A stretch of 64,000 bases of DNA from assembly GCF_009914755.1 (NCBI RefSeq), contig NC_060933.1; one strand, written 5' to 3'. Origin of the DNA: the human T2T-CHM13v2.0 reference genome, Homo sapiens. The notes beneath the pieces are model-generated. The model saw nothing but the letters and a program-made list of their open reading frames with translations, made no database searches and was not told where the DNA came from. Both the position numbers and the translations under genes were made by a program. This document shows, piece after piece, positions 19,001-39,492 of this stretch (positions within the stretch are counted from its first letter, which is position 1; every line of letters starts with the position of its first letter).

Positions 19001-22000
19001 TCCAGAGAAGGGAGGGCAGCTGCCAAATGACAGGGCAGTCCTGACAGCATCTCAAACCAGGTCCTCTGACTCCCGGCCTCTTTCTACTCTGCCCTTGGAG
19101 GGGAAGAAGGTTCTCATTTTCAGGGTTGCCTGGGAAAGGACTGAGTTTCCTGTCACTAGAGGAGTGGGAGCAGAGGCTGCAAGACCAGTGGTTGAAGGTC
19201 TGCCTTGATAAAACAACCTACAGAATCCAGACAGGTTTCCCTGTAGCCAACAGTCACGTACATCAGCTCGCCCCAGCCCTGCACAGCACCATCACTGAGG
19301 CCTGGCCACGCCACCCACCCTGTACACACATATCCCTCATTGCACCCGACCCCCACACACGCAGGTCCAGTCCCTCTCACCATGGGGTTCACCTCCTCCC
19401 ATCCACACTCACTCACAGCTGACCCACCGGTGCCACTTCTGCCTGAAAATGCCTCCAAGGCCTCCCTGGGACCCTAAGGACAAAGGCCCTTCCTCGCCAA
19501 GACCAGCCTTTGTGTTTCCCTCTACCTCCCCCATCCTGAGTCCCAGCAGGCTGGCCCACCCCAGGCCAGTCTCCCTTACACCTTCCCAAGGAAGGCCTTT
19601 CCCTTTGGGAACATTGCTTGCCCTGAGGAGGGACAGCCAGCCAGGAAGCACACACAGGCAGACACCATGTGATTGTGTAGCTGCGTGTCCCTGGTGCCCA
19701 GCACAGCGCCGGGCACACAGAAGGTGTTCAATAACTATTGATTGAATTCATACAAGAAATAAGGACTACGTGTGTTGGGGGCCAGAGCTCATCACACCCC
19801 TTGATGGTCTCACAGGCATGCACCTCTATTTCTACATAGAAGCCACCAGCCCTGCCTTTGGAAGGCATCTTGAGACCCCTACAAAAGGGTTTTCAGAGGC
19901 AGAGAATTCCCAAGAGTAGATACTGGCCTTGAGGTCACAGACAGGGAGAAAAGGCACAGAGAGGCATGGCCATTGGGTCCAGAGTCACACAGCAAGTGGT
20001 CAATGGGACCAGGCTTAAGGCTTACAAGTCTAGTTCTTGACACATGGGTGGGCAAGGAGGGAGCATGTTCCCATCCATCTTCTAACCCTTTTCCTCTGTG
20101 CACTGCCAAATGCCAGGCACAGAGTGGATGCTGCTGCGGAGTGACTGACCTTGCTGGAACCACAGCCCCATCCCACCGTCCTCCAGGAACTCGCTGAATA
20201 CCCCAGGGGTCCAGGGCCATAGGCTGGTGCTCCTCTGACCTTGGAAGGGAAGAAGATTCTCATATTTAGGGCTGCTTAGGAAAGGAGTGGGTCATGTCAA
20301 CTTCCTGGAGCACATGGCAGGGAGCAGGGGATGCACGAGGCCACAGACAGACCAGACACATCTCCCTGGGTGTCAAGTTAGCTCAATAAAGTCACAATCA
20401 TAACAGCTACCACTCACATATTGTCACCTCCCACCAACACTGTTCTGCGCTGACCAGGGGACTTGACCTTCATACCTTGAGATGCCAGAACTCTCATCCT
20501 CATGTAAGGAGGGCTCTAAGACTCAGACAGGTTGACTAACTTGCCCCCGAACACCAGTCCATCCAGTGGCAGAGCCAGGACTCAAACCCAGTCTGACTGC
20601 AAAGCCTTACCCCAAAACCTCTGGGCTCCCTGCTTCTTCAGGCTTACCATCCACCACGTCACCAGGCAGGCCCCTTCACCTTCGTGGGCCAGAAGCAGCC
20701 CAGCTCCAAAAAAATGGGACCAGTCCCAGGGGGTGGACACTTCCTGTTCTTCCAGTTTTAAAATTTTTGAGATCAAAAGATTGTACCCTTCCATGACTCA
20801 GGCCCTAAGATTCTACCAGGAGAAGAGAATGGCTTTGCTCCACCCTCACGGGTTTTAAACCTAGGCATCTGCCCGGACTCCTTCCTTAAACCTCTGCCCA
20901 GCAGCGTCTACAGAATACCCTTCTTCCTCCAGCACAGAAGTGGATGGGGTGGGGCAGGGGAAGGAAAAAGCAGTGCAGGAATTTCTGCAACCGCAGGATG
21001 ATGCTTGCAGGAGCCCGGGGTGCAGTGAGTCATGAGCTCTGCCCGCGGGGAAGGAGGAGGGGGGCGCAGGGACGGAGAATGGGGCTGGTCAGAGGCTGTG
21101 AGTCTCAGACTGAGTAATGACGGGTGGGATAGATTTGTGCAACCTATGGGAGGGAGACTGACACAAGCTGCTCTATTCCCACTCGGCTCCTCCTCCCACT
21201 TCCTCTCCCCGCCTCCGAAAGCTTACCTCTCTTGGAGGCCTTTTTCAGTGTCCCCCTGCCCAGTCTGGGCACCACGGATGACATACTAATAGCAGAACGT
21301 GGTTTAAATAGCTAAGGCCTTGGACTATCCGATCCAGGCCTGCCACTGAGGTGGGAATTCAATAAGATGATACAGACAAAGGAAGGCTTGGCACATAGCA
21401 AGTGCTCAGTTAAACCGTTGCTAATGTTTACAGTTATCACTCCGAGCCTGATTACTGCCCCTCCCTGCTCTATCAACCATGTCTTCAGACAGAAAATATA
21501 TATCCATTCCTACACACCGCAGGCTAGACTCTATGGCCACACACCCAGAGGCCATGGTCATCAGTCCCCGTCCCCAGTACACAGGCAGCCCCTTCAAGCC
21601 CACTAGCCCCGAACGATGCTCAGAGATGGCAGGAAGGAGCCTCCCTCTAAATGCCCAGGTTGGCGGAAGCAGAGCACGGGAAGAGTTGGGCTGGGAGATG
21701 AATCGGTCTTCGACAGGGAAGTTGACTGGAGCCAGAAAAGAAACACACACAGTGGCTCTGTTTGCCCCTACAAACCAACATGTGAGAAACAACCTCATGT
21801 CCAGCATTAGGGAAAAAGCTGGGAAAGTGACCCTCTGTCCTCAAATGGAATAAAATGCAGCCTTTGGGGATGCTTCCAGGGAGGTTTTAATGACCTGGGA
21901 GAGATGTTTACTATAGATCATGTAGTGAAAGAAGCAAGACACAAACTTGAGTCATGGTCCCGGTAAAGTGTAATGATCGACACAGATGGGAAGTACTCCC

Positions 22001-22291
22001 AGAGGATGAAGTGGTTATCGCAGGACGGCGGGTGAGTGGTTCCTAGTCCTGTTTTTCCGCTTCACTCCTTGGACAGCAGGGAGGGCAGCCATGGCCCCGC
22101 GTGGGTTTAGAAAGGTCCCTTTGGCAGCGTGTGTGGGAAGGACTAGAGGCTCCGAGGAGGCTGGAGCAGCTCTGAGTAGGCGAGGCCGGCACTCAGGCCC
22201 CAGCAGTGGAAAAGGAACAGAGTCAGGGGGACTAGAGGAGGCTGGATGGAGGGGAAGGCAGGGTCAAAGCCAACAAAAGCATGTTATATAA

Positions 22292-25168
<2,877 letters not shown>

Positions 25169-27821
25169 TTATACTGGGACCTTGAGCTGGCTTCAGTCTG
25201 GGGGAGATTTGTGGGGAAAATTTGGGATTGTTAGGCCCTCAGAGCTGAAAGGGACTTCAGCCATCGAGTGGCCCACCCACTTCGGTTCACAACTAGGGAA
25301 ACTGAGACCCAGGGAGAGGAAGTGGCCTACCCAAGGATCCTCAGGCCTCCCAGATCCCAGGCCAGGGATTCTTCCTCACGGCACACTGCCTCGTGTAAGG
25401 AGGCAGGAGTCATCCTGCCACCAGCCCCGTGGGGCTCCTGGTGTGGAAACAAGCCTCTGCTTGCCAGGGGCTTTGAAATCCCAGGATGAAAGGTGCCGTG
25501 GCAGCAAAACAGCACCGTGGCCGGGAGCACGCTTGACCTTTGCCAGGACTTGCAGGCAGGCTGGCATTCACCTGCTCACCTGCTTGGGGCGGGCACAAAG
25601 CTGCAGGTCAAACCTTGGAACCCTAACAGGCCTGGGAACTCAGAGCACTGTGGGAAGGGATGTCTCTAACTCTGACATTTCTACTGGGGCAGAGAACAAG
25701 GCCTCAGGTAGGGAGGGTTCTGGAATTTTAATTGCCAGCTTTGAGAGTACCTACTGCTCCTTGGGTGGGGTGAGGAGGGTGCCTGGATCACTGGAGGAGG
25801 CAAATACACGCCCTCATTCCCTTCCAGCAGAGATTTCAAAGGCAGCTCACTTCCTCTGGGGAGACTGGGAGGCTTCCCCGCTGCCCCCTTCCAACACCCC
25901 ACCCCCCCACATCAGGAACTCCCCTCAGGTGAGTCTGGACCAGGAATTCGAGGCATTTAAAGAGGATTATAAATAGCACTGAAGTGTGGAGAAGAGAGAG
26001 ACCAGCAGGCTCTGAGTGGGCACAACTTTCTTCCACCCAGCCTGGTATCCAGAAAATAAATCCAACCCTCTCCAGTAAAGGACACTTCACCTTCTGTGGT
26101 CTCAGTCCCCTCCCCTGTAACATGCCAGGGGAGAGAGGGTGGGCTGGCAATTCTCAGCCCAGGAGACGGGAAGACAGGGAGGCCCAGCACTGAGTATGGG
26201 GAGAGGAAAAACCCCACCGAATGCAAGGCACACCCCACCCAGGCCCCTCGAGGGGCCTCAACAGGAGGTCCTGAATGGAGGGACTGTTACAGAGCCCCAG
26301 GAGCTTGCTGCGACAGGGAGGGGACAGGAAGACTCCGCCCTGGCCCTTCCTCCTCCCACAGTCCAGGCCTGGTCGGATAAGGAGGCTTTCCAGGACTTAA
26401 CCCCACGCTGGTCAGAGGCTAGAGAGGGTCCGATTCATTTTCACATCACCCCAGTCACCCCTGTGCCCAGCCAGCCCCAGGCCTGGCACAAGGGAGGGAC
26501 TCTGGCCTTGGGACTTGGCCCGGGACCACAGTCACTTGGCAGATCTCCCCAGCACCTCCCTGGTGCCCAGCATGGGTGCGGCCCTGGAGACATGGAGTTA
26601 AAGGACACCTGGCCACTGCTCTCAGGGCTTCCTGCTCTCAAGGGAGCGTGGAGAACACGGTGGTGAAATTCTACAGGACACAAAAATAAGTGCAGGCGGA
26701 CGCGGTGCTCAGGGCCCACTAGACAGCGAGGGGCGACCCACCTGAACCGTCACCCCACGTACAAGTGCCTCTCCTATGCCAGGCTCTGTGCTAAGCAAGC
26801 CACATGAGTTACTTCACGTAAGCCTCCCAACAACTCATTAATAAGGAAGAAATCACTGACCCCATTTCAAAAAGGAGAAAACCAAGGTGTACAGGACAGA
26901 TGTCTGGGAAGCAAATGCTGGGATTCCACCCAGGGCAGCTCCACCAGCCAGGAGAGATCGGCCAGAGAGGAGTTTCTCAGGCAGCCGAGATCCTCATCCT
27001 ATCTCACTGTTCTCCAGAGTCTGTGGGGAAAAGGAACCCAGGCCCCCTCTGCAGCTCCGGCTTCCCCAGGAGCCTTGGGGACAGCTGTCCCTGGGAGAAG
27101 TGGCCACTGTGCAGTAATAGGCTGAGAGTAGGGTTGGCTGAAGAACAGGGTTGAAGGGGCTGGCGACTGGCCCTGAGGGCCCCCCACTCTGGTGACCGGT
27201 CCCTGGGCCCCTGCTGCTAGCAGGGGCAGCCTGCTGTCTGCGCCAAAGGACATGCAACCCCACCGCCTCCAGGGCGCCCCATCGATCCCTGGCCCCACTC
27301 CCCAGAATCAGTCCCGGGCCTTCATGGGCCCGTCCTTCAGGAAGCCTCCGCCACGTGTACCAGGGCTGGGGCCCGGCGGAGCTGGGGACGGGACGGCTGG
27401 GGAGGAAGGTGAGCGCGAGCTGGCTGGGTCTGGGAGATCCCAAAGCTGGTAGCGGATGGGCTTGCAACGCTTCTGGGCGGGGACAGCCAAGGGTGGGCAG
27501 CAGGCTGCGACCCCTGCCCCAGCTCGGCCAGGGGTCGTGGGCTGGGGGTCCGCCAAGCCCGGGCTCCGAAGGGGTTCCGGGAGAGAAGGAGTTCCGAGTC
27601 CCCTTGAGCCGGGAAAGGTGGCGCTCAGAAGAGCGCGGGAAGGGGCGCCCAGGCTCAGAGGGAACGAGCTCGGACGCGGGGCACGCTCCCTGGCAGCTCC
27701 CACCGGCCCGGCCTGACTCCCCCGAGCCCCCGGCCCCGGCGCCAACTGCTGGCCGGGGCGGGGGCGTGGTCCGGGGGTTCCGGCAGGCCCCTGGGCGCGC
27801 GTGGCGCGGCGCGACCCTCAC

Positions 27822-27876
27822 CTGCGATGTGCTGGCGCCGGGCGTCGTCCAGGTGCGTGGACAGCACGTCCCCCAT
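27822..27876 (-). CDS. NIBAN2: NIBAN2 (FAM129B) main first coding exon, MGDVLSTHLDDARRQHIA + 1 nt
   Basis: ATG at 27876 in strong Kozak context (GCCATGG). 55 nt = 18 codons + 1 nt, followed by donor CAG|GTGAGG. The peptide matches the recalled N-terminus of human Niban2. Lies within the CpG island. Confidence 0.96.
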
Positions 27877-27932
27877 GGCCAGGAGGTGTCGCGGCCCGAT
27901 CCGGCCGACGCCGCCGCTGTTGCCCGCGCTGC

Positions 27933-27956
27933 TCAGGCGGACGCCGCTGGCGCCAT
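27933..27956 (-). other. Upstream ORF MAPAASA* in the NIBAN2 5' UTR
   Basis: Minus strand reads CTCC ATG GCG CCA GCG GCG TCC GCC TGA. The stop ends 56 nt before the main ATG. Requires the TSS to be above 27956. Confidence 0.6.
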
Positions 27957-30209
27957 GGAGCCCGGCCCGCCCTGCTTCCCCCGCTCCCGCCGCTCCCGCC
28001 GCCCGGCTGCGGCTTCCGCTCCGGCTCCGCTCCCGGTCGGGCCCCGTCCCTCCAGCCGGCCGCCTTGGCCCCCTCCCTGCCCTCGGCCCTGCACCCCGGC
28101 GCCCCGCTCCGCCCCACCAGACCACGCCCCCGCAGGCCAACCCCGCCCCCTCCCCGCCCGCTGCCCTGCGCCCGCCGCGTCCCACCCCGCCCCGCCCCGC
28201 CCCGCCCTCGGTCCTGCACCCCCCTGCGCCCCACCCAGCCCCTCCAGGGCCCGCCCCGTATGCCCCGCCCCCTCCGCTGCCTCCGGCGGGCGGGGCACAG
28301 GGGCGGTGGACGCCGGGACCGCCCTGGAGAAGGAGACAAAGAGAAGGTCCCAGAAAGGGAGACCGCGGAGAGACTGCGAAGAGCGCACCCGCCCTGTACC
28401 TAAGCAGAGAAAGAGACGGGGCTGGTGGGGGCATCTGAAAAACTGGGGGTGCTCTGGGGGACTCCAGCCTGAGTGTCACCCCCCTCCCCTCCCCAACCTT
28501 GCCCGCGCGGGAAAAGAATCGCGCCGAGGAGGATGTGGGGCACTGGCAGGGGACGCCTGGACCTACGGGCCGGAATTCGGCGTTCGCCCCCTCCTCTTCC
28601 CTGAACAGTGCCCCCTGCCCCCCCAAGTCCCGCCCGCCACTGCCCGCGCTCAGGAAGTTCCCTGGCCTTGATTCGACCTGCCCCAGAAGGTGTGCCCGCT
28701 GGTCTTGCACAACAGCTATAGGAAGGGGGTGGGGAAGGCTCGGGCCCGAAGGCACCCCCGCCCCAGTGCCAGGCGGGCTTGCCTCAGGCTCAGCATATGG
28801 GCATTTCACTCGGGAGGCGGCTTGGGGGACAGAGCAAATCAGAAAAGGAAAAAGCAGTAGCACTTTACAGTTTGCAAAAGACTACCAGAATCAAAACCCG
28901 GAGACCGACAGGCACCAGCCTATGGGGCTGGGCATGGGTGGGTCGCAGTGCCAGGGGAATGTGTTTCAGTTTCAGGACCTCCCAAGCTGGCAGGGGAGAC
29001 AGTCAGGTTAACCAGTGGGATCCCCAGATCTCAATCCTTTGGCTGCTGGTGCTCAGATCTCCTGATCTGCACTGGGACAAGGCCATCCACTTTCTGCTTG
29101 TTGACCCCTGGTAACTAAGCACTCACCACTTCTCTCATGCATTTCACGTTGTTATTGGGCAGCTCTTAGTGTGACTGTGGCATAAGGCAGGAAGTGATGA
29201 TGATAACAGTTAAATTTGCTGAGCACCTGTACTTCAGGCCTGTGCACACCACAGGAGGTAGGTTTGAAATGGATTAAAGTGATGCAGGCATTCATTCATG
29301 CATTCAGTCACTTACCAGTCATTCAGCAATGGGTGGTCAACACCTGTGTGCCAGGCCCTCTGCTAGATGCTGGGGGTGAAAAGAGAAGGAAGCCCAAGCT
29401 GCCCTCCCCTCTGTGACCCTGGACAAGTGGCATTACCCCTTTGAACTTCAGCTACCTCATCTGTCAAAAGAGAGTGATGCTTTTTGCGGGAGGGTTAAAT
29501 GATATCACAAAGTGCCCAGCATAGTGCCTGGCACCAGGGTCCATCATCTCTCAATGAACAGAACGTGTCATTCTATTATTCATAGTCCCTGCCCTCAAGA
29601 GCTTAGAGAAGCTTGAGGAAGGAGCAGAACATTCTGTTTTAAGGAAAATCACAGAGGGGGTAGGACCAGAACTGGAAGTTGAAAAACAAGACTTTTGACA
29701 GCAGATACTGAGAAACAGCATTCCAGGGAGTGGGGACAGCATGGGCAGGGGCCCAGCCTTTGAGGGCCGGGATGCATTCATGCGTCAAAGAGTCATCATC
29801 AGGTGGAGTTGAAGTCATGCTGGTTAGGGATCACTAGTTTCCTTTTATAGAGGTGGAAACTGAGGCCCAGAGAGGGAAAGTGACTTGCTAAGGGCACACA
29901 GTGAGGCAGAGGGAGAACCTGGCCAAAGGCCAAGTCTCCTGGCACCCAGTGTCTGATTCTCTCTGAGCAACCAGAAGCAAGTGATGCTGATAACCTCTTT
30001 TCATTTTTCTCATAGCCCAAACTGCAGGGTCTGCTCTGCCCAGGGAGGAGCTAGCTGGAGCTAGCTGGCATCTGGACACCAGAGGCATCTTCTTGGCTGG
30101 GCTGGAGGCCTAGGCCAGGGGGGTTAGAGATGGGGCCACAGTGGCCTTTCCCCAGGCTTCGTGGCACACCCAAGCCTGGAACACCCACAGCCTGCCTACC
30201 ATGTGAGGC

Positions 30210-30268
30210 CCCTGGCCCAGGGACGGGTTCCTCCCTGGCCCAGGGACGGGTTCCTCCCTGGCCCAGGG
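30210..30268 (+). repeat. 23-bp tandem repeat, ~2.6 copies
   Basis: CCCTGGCCCAGGGACGGGTTCCT starts at 30210 and 30233, with a partial copy at 30256. Confidence 0.93.
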
Positions 30269-30408
30269 TGGGACCCCAGATGGGGAGGCAACTTGAGCAT
30301 CCAAAAGGTCTCCTCTTGCTTTGGAGACCTTCTGTCACATGTCACCTAATCCATCTGAGCATCCATGGCCTCATATGTGAGAGGCACATGAGATGAAAGT
30401 GGAAAGGC

Positions 30409-32955
<2,547 letters not shown>

Positions 32956-34224
32956 CATTTGTGGTTTTTAAAATTTATATCCTCTGCCTGCTTTTCTGTG
33001 GGAATGTCTATCTTTTTCTTATTGATTTGTAAGAGTTCTTTCTATAGCAAGGATTTCTGAAATCTGCAAGGCAGAGGGATATCTGTTCTTTTTCTAAGAC
33101 TCTGGACGCTGTCTCTATTCACCAGGGGCTCCCACTCCCTTTTCTTGGCTCAGGCCCCAGAACCTGGTTGAAAATGCCAGGGCTGTGGACAAAGGGTGGC
33201 AATGGTCTACATCTGGAGCAGAGAGGAAAGGTTCTCCCTGCCCACTTGCTGGGCCTGCCCCTCTTGAACAGAGAATGCCACCTACAGGTCCTGACTCATC
33301 AGGCCTTTCTCTGGAAGTGGCTTCTGCCCACTGCCTCCCTGCAAACCTGCCCCGCCCCTCCCCTGCCCACCACATCCTCAAGCATATTTGGAAGCAGGGA
33401 TCCAAGGGCGAAGAATAATAATATTTGGCTTTAAAAGGGAGGGTTCAGACGGTCAGAGCCAGAGCTTGGACCGAGACTCAGAGAAGGAAAGCAATTTGCC
33501 CAAGAGCATTCCGCAGGAGCCCAGCCCAAGACCCCTTGCTAGTCCTGTAGGAAGAAGGAGAGGCCCTTTCTCTCCCCATGAGTCCCTCTCCCTCCCAGTT
33601 GGCACGGAGTCCCAGCTCTGCTCTCCCCACAAACCTGTCAAACCTGAAATAGACCAGGAGAAAAAAAACAAACACCTCCAGTAAACAGCAAGGAGTGTGA
33701 ATGAATCAGGATTTTGTTTTTAAGGAATATCATGTATCTACCTCTGTTTACCCAGTTGGCATGGCCCATTGTGCAGAAGGGACCCTGGCACCCAGCCCAG
33801 ACCTCCTCTCTTTATTAACTGTTGGGTGGTGGAAAGGTCCGTAGCTTACAGCCTGTTCCGTCTGTCACCTGGCCTCAGGCTGCTAAACTCCCTCTTACTC
33901 TTTCAGTGGCCAAGCTGTCACCTCTCCCCAGCTCCACTGCCACCCCAAGTCCAGGGAACTGGCCTCCCTGCCTCCAGCCCCCCATGCATTCCTCACTGGG
34001 AGCCAGAGGAATTGTTGTAAACACAGATACGACCTTGCCATTCCCCCACTTCTAACCTTCTGTGGCTTCCACTGTCCTGGAGAGAAAGACTCCAGACATG
34101 GCACTGGGGGCCCCTGCCAGTCCCTCCCCCCACTTCCCCTCCCCATTCTCTAGCCACACTGAGATTTCACATCCTCAAACTAGCCCTGCTCCATCCCACC
34201 TCACAGCTTATGAAATATGGATTC

Positions 34225-36318
<2,094 letters not shown>

Positions 36319-36368
36319 TTAAGAGATGAGGATGAGACCCATACATAGCTCTGCCTACTTTAGAGCTG

Positions 36369-36652
36369 CAATACCCCACGCTTCCCACACCATCCTCCAG
36401 ATCCAATACCCCACACTTCCCACACCATCCTCCAGATCCAATACCCCACACTTCCCACACCATCCTCCAGATCCAATACCCCACACTTCCCACACCATCC
36501 TCCAGATCCAATACCCCACGCTTCCCACACCATCCTCCAGATCCAATACCCCACGCTTCCCACACCATCCTCCAGATCCAATACCCCACGCTTCCCACAC
36601 CATCCTCCAGATCCAATACCCCACGCTTCCCACACCATCCTCCAGATCCAAT
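36369..36652 (+). repeat. 35-bp minisatellite (VNTR), 8 copies
   Basis: Unit CAATACCCCAC(G/A)CTTCCCACACCATCCTCCAGATC; copies differ only at the G/A position. Confidence 0.97.
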
Positions 36653-36699
36653 CCTAGAGTTCAGCTCTTTCTCAAACACAAAATGGGCTTCTCTGCTAT

Positions 36700-37866
<1,167 letters not shown>

Positions 37867-37912
37867 GAACCCCGTGTGCCTTGTGTCCTGGGGACTTGTG
37901 CACAAGTCTTAC

Positions 37913-37928
37913 CTCCCATCCACCCCAT
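37913..37928 (-). CDS. NIBAN2: NIBAN2 distal alternative first coding exon, MGWMG + 1 nt
   Basis: Minus strand GGAGG ATG GGG TGG ATG GGA G|GTAAGA. Kozak has A at -3 and G at +4, the donor is strong, and the phase (1) equals that of the main exon 1. Matches the recalled N-terminus of Niban2 isoform 2. Confidence 0.88.
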
Positions 37929-37929
37929 C

Positions 37930-38300
37930 CTCCAGAGTGAGAGCCCCAAAAGGAAGGGACCGGAGCTGGCCCAGTTCCTGACTCCTAGCACGTCCTTGAG
38001 AGCTGTTTGCTGCTGAGCCAGTGCCGGACAGTCACTCCCAGTTCCTCTAAGGCCAGCCAGGCGGGGTTTCGGGCCCCACCACCTCCCTCCCACCTCTTCC
38101 ATGCTAGACTTTGTTTCCTGCTGGGCTGCAGCTGCCCCTCACCAGCTGGTGACTCAGAGCCTGGGCAGGATGACAGTGCCGATTGGGCCCTCGCAACCCT
38201 CTGAGCCTTCTGTGAATCAGCTTGCGGTGAGGCTGCGCCCGGGCTCCCGGGTGGGGCACCTCCACCCCAGCCTGGCCCTCCTTCCTCTCCCCTTTAGGTC
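37930..38300. promoter_or_regulatory. Distal (non-island) NIBAN2 promoter region
   Basis: Unique sequence upstream of the MGWMG exon. Contains AP-1 TGACTCA (38150-38156), ETS-type TTCCTG (~37975, ~38115), CAGCTG E-boxes and some retained CpGs. Confidence 0.6.
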
Positions 38301-38764
38301 TTGCTGATTTCTGTCCTCCAGGTCTTCTCAGTAGAATGAGGATAATCCTGAATTCAGAACATATTTCCTGAGTACGGTGAGTGCCCAGGAGATGGGGGCT
38401 GAGAGCTGGCTCCTGCGCTCCTGAGAGCACAGTTTCCTGGGCAGGAGCAGAGAGAAGGCCCAGAGGAAGATGGGAGGGAGGCAAGGCAAAGGATGCTGTG
38501 GGGAGAGCCCAGAGCTGGGCCGCAGGTGAGCAAAGACCACTGTGTGTTAAGGACTGGTCAGGGACCTGGGAGCAGAGAGGTTACGAGGACCGGGCCTTCC
38601 CACACCACATGGTGCCTCCGTGAGAATTAGCAAAGTCAGTGAAAACAGGCTGGGACTGTCTTGTGCCAGGGCCCCAGCTGGCTTGGCAAGTGCAGTGTGG
38701 GCTGGATTCAGCCCCCATCACCCAACGCATTTGTGCAGGGAGCCCTGAGTGAGGAGGCGGGGAT

Positions 38765-38935
38765 GGTGCCGCCTCCTAGGGGACATTTGGAAATGTGTCT
38801 ACGGAGGTGTTTTCATCGCCACTATGTCTGGTGTTTGTGGGAGTGGGGGAGTGTGGGGCAAGGGGAGGGTTCTTGGCATTTAGTGTCTGAAATCCAGGGA
38901 TGCTAGGTGTCCTGTCAAGGTGGCTGGTCCTGCCA
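38765..38935 (+). mobile_element. Degraded MER20-like hAT-Charlie DNA transposon fragment
   Basis: GGGGACATTTGGAAATG...GGCATTTAGTG...CCAGGGATGCT resembles the MER20 consensus. Confidence 0.6.
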
Positions 38936-39027
38936 AGGGTGATGAAATATTCTCTGTACTCCCAAATCCAGGCCTGAGACCCCTCTGCTGTCCAGTTACA
39001 TCGTGGAGAGGACCATAACAACTGTGA

Positions 39028-39492
<465 letters not shown>

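Larger units (their letters stand above)
27300..28760. promoter_or_regulatory. CpG island, NIBAN2 proximal promoter with GC boxes
   Basis: Very GC-rich with dense CpG. Repeated CCCGCCC/CCGCCCC Sp/KLF boxes at ~28105-28270, just upstream of exon 1. No obvious TATA box. Confidence 0.93.

Noticed and set aside
21265-21285. Partial REST/RE1-like GCACCACGGA
   Set aside because: Lacks both the TTCA left flank and the CAGCGCC right half.
27355-28863. Long ORFs over the CpG island (438 aa plus, 402 aa minus and others)
   Set aside because: Pro/Arg/Gly/Ala low-complexity products of stop-poor GC-rich DNA. Only the 18-codon NIBAN2 segment has Kozak, donor and recognisable-protein support.
36369-36652. 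Possible CRISPR-like array
   Set aside because: Units are head-to-tail with no unique spacers, in a mammalian context with no cas genes; it is a minisatellite.
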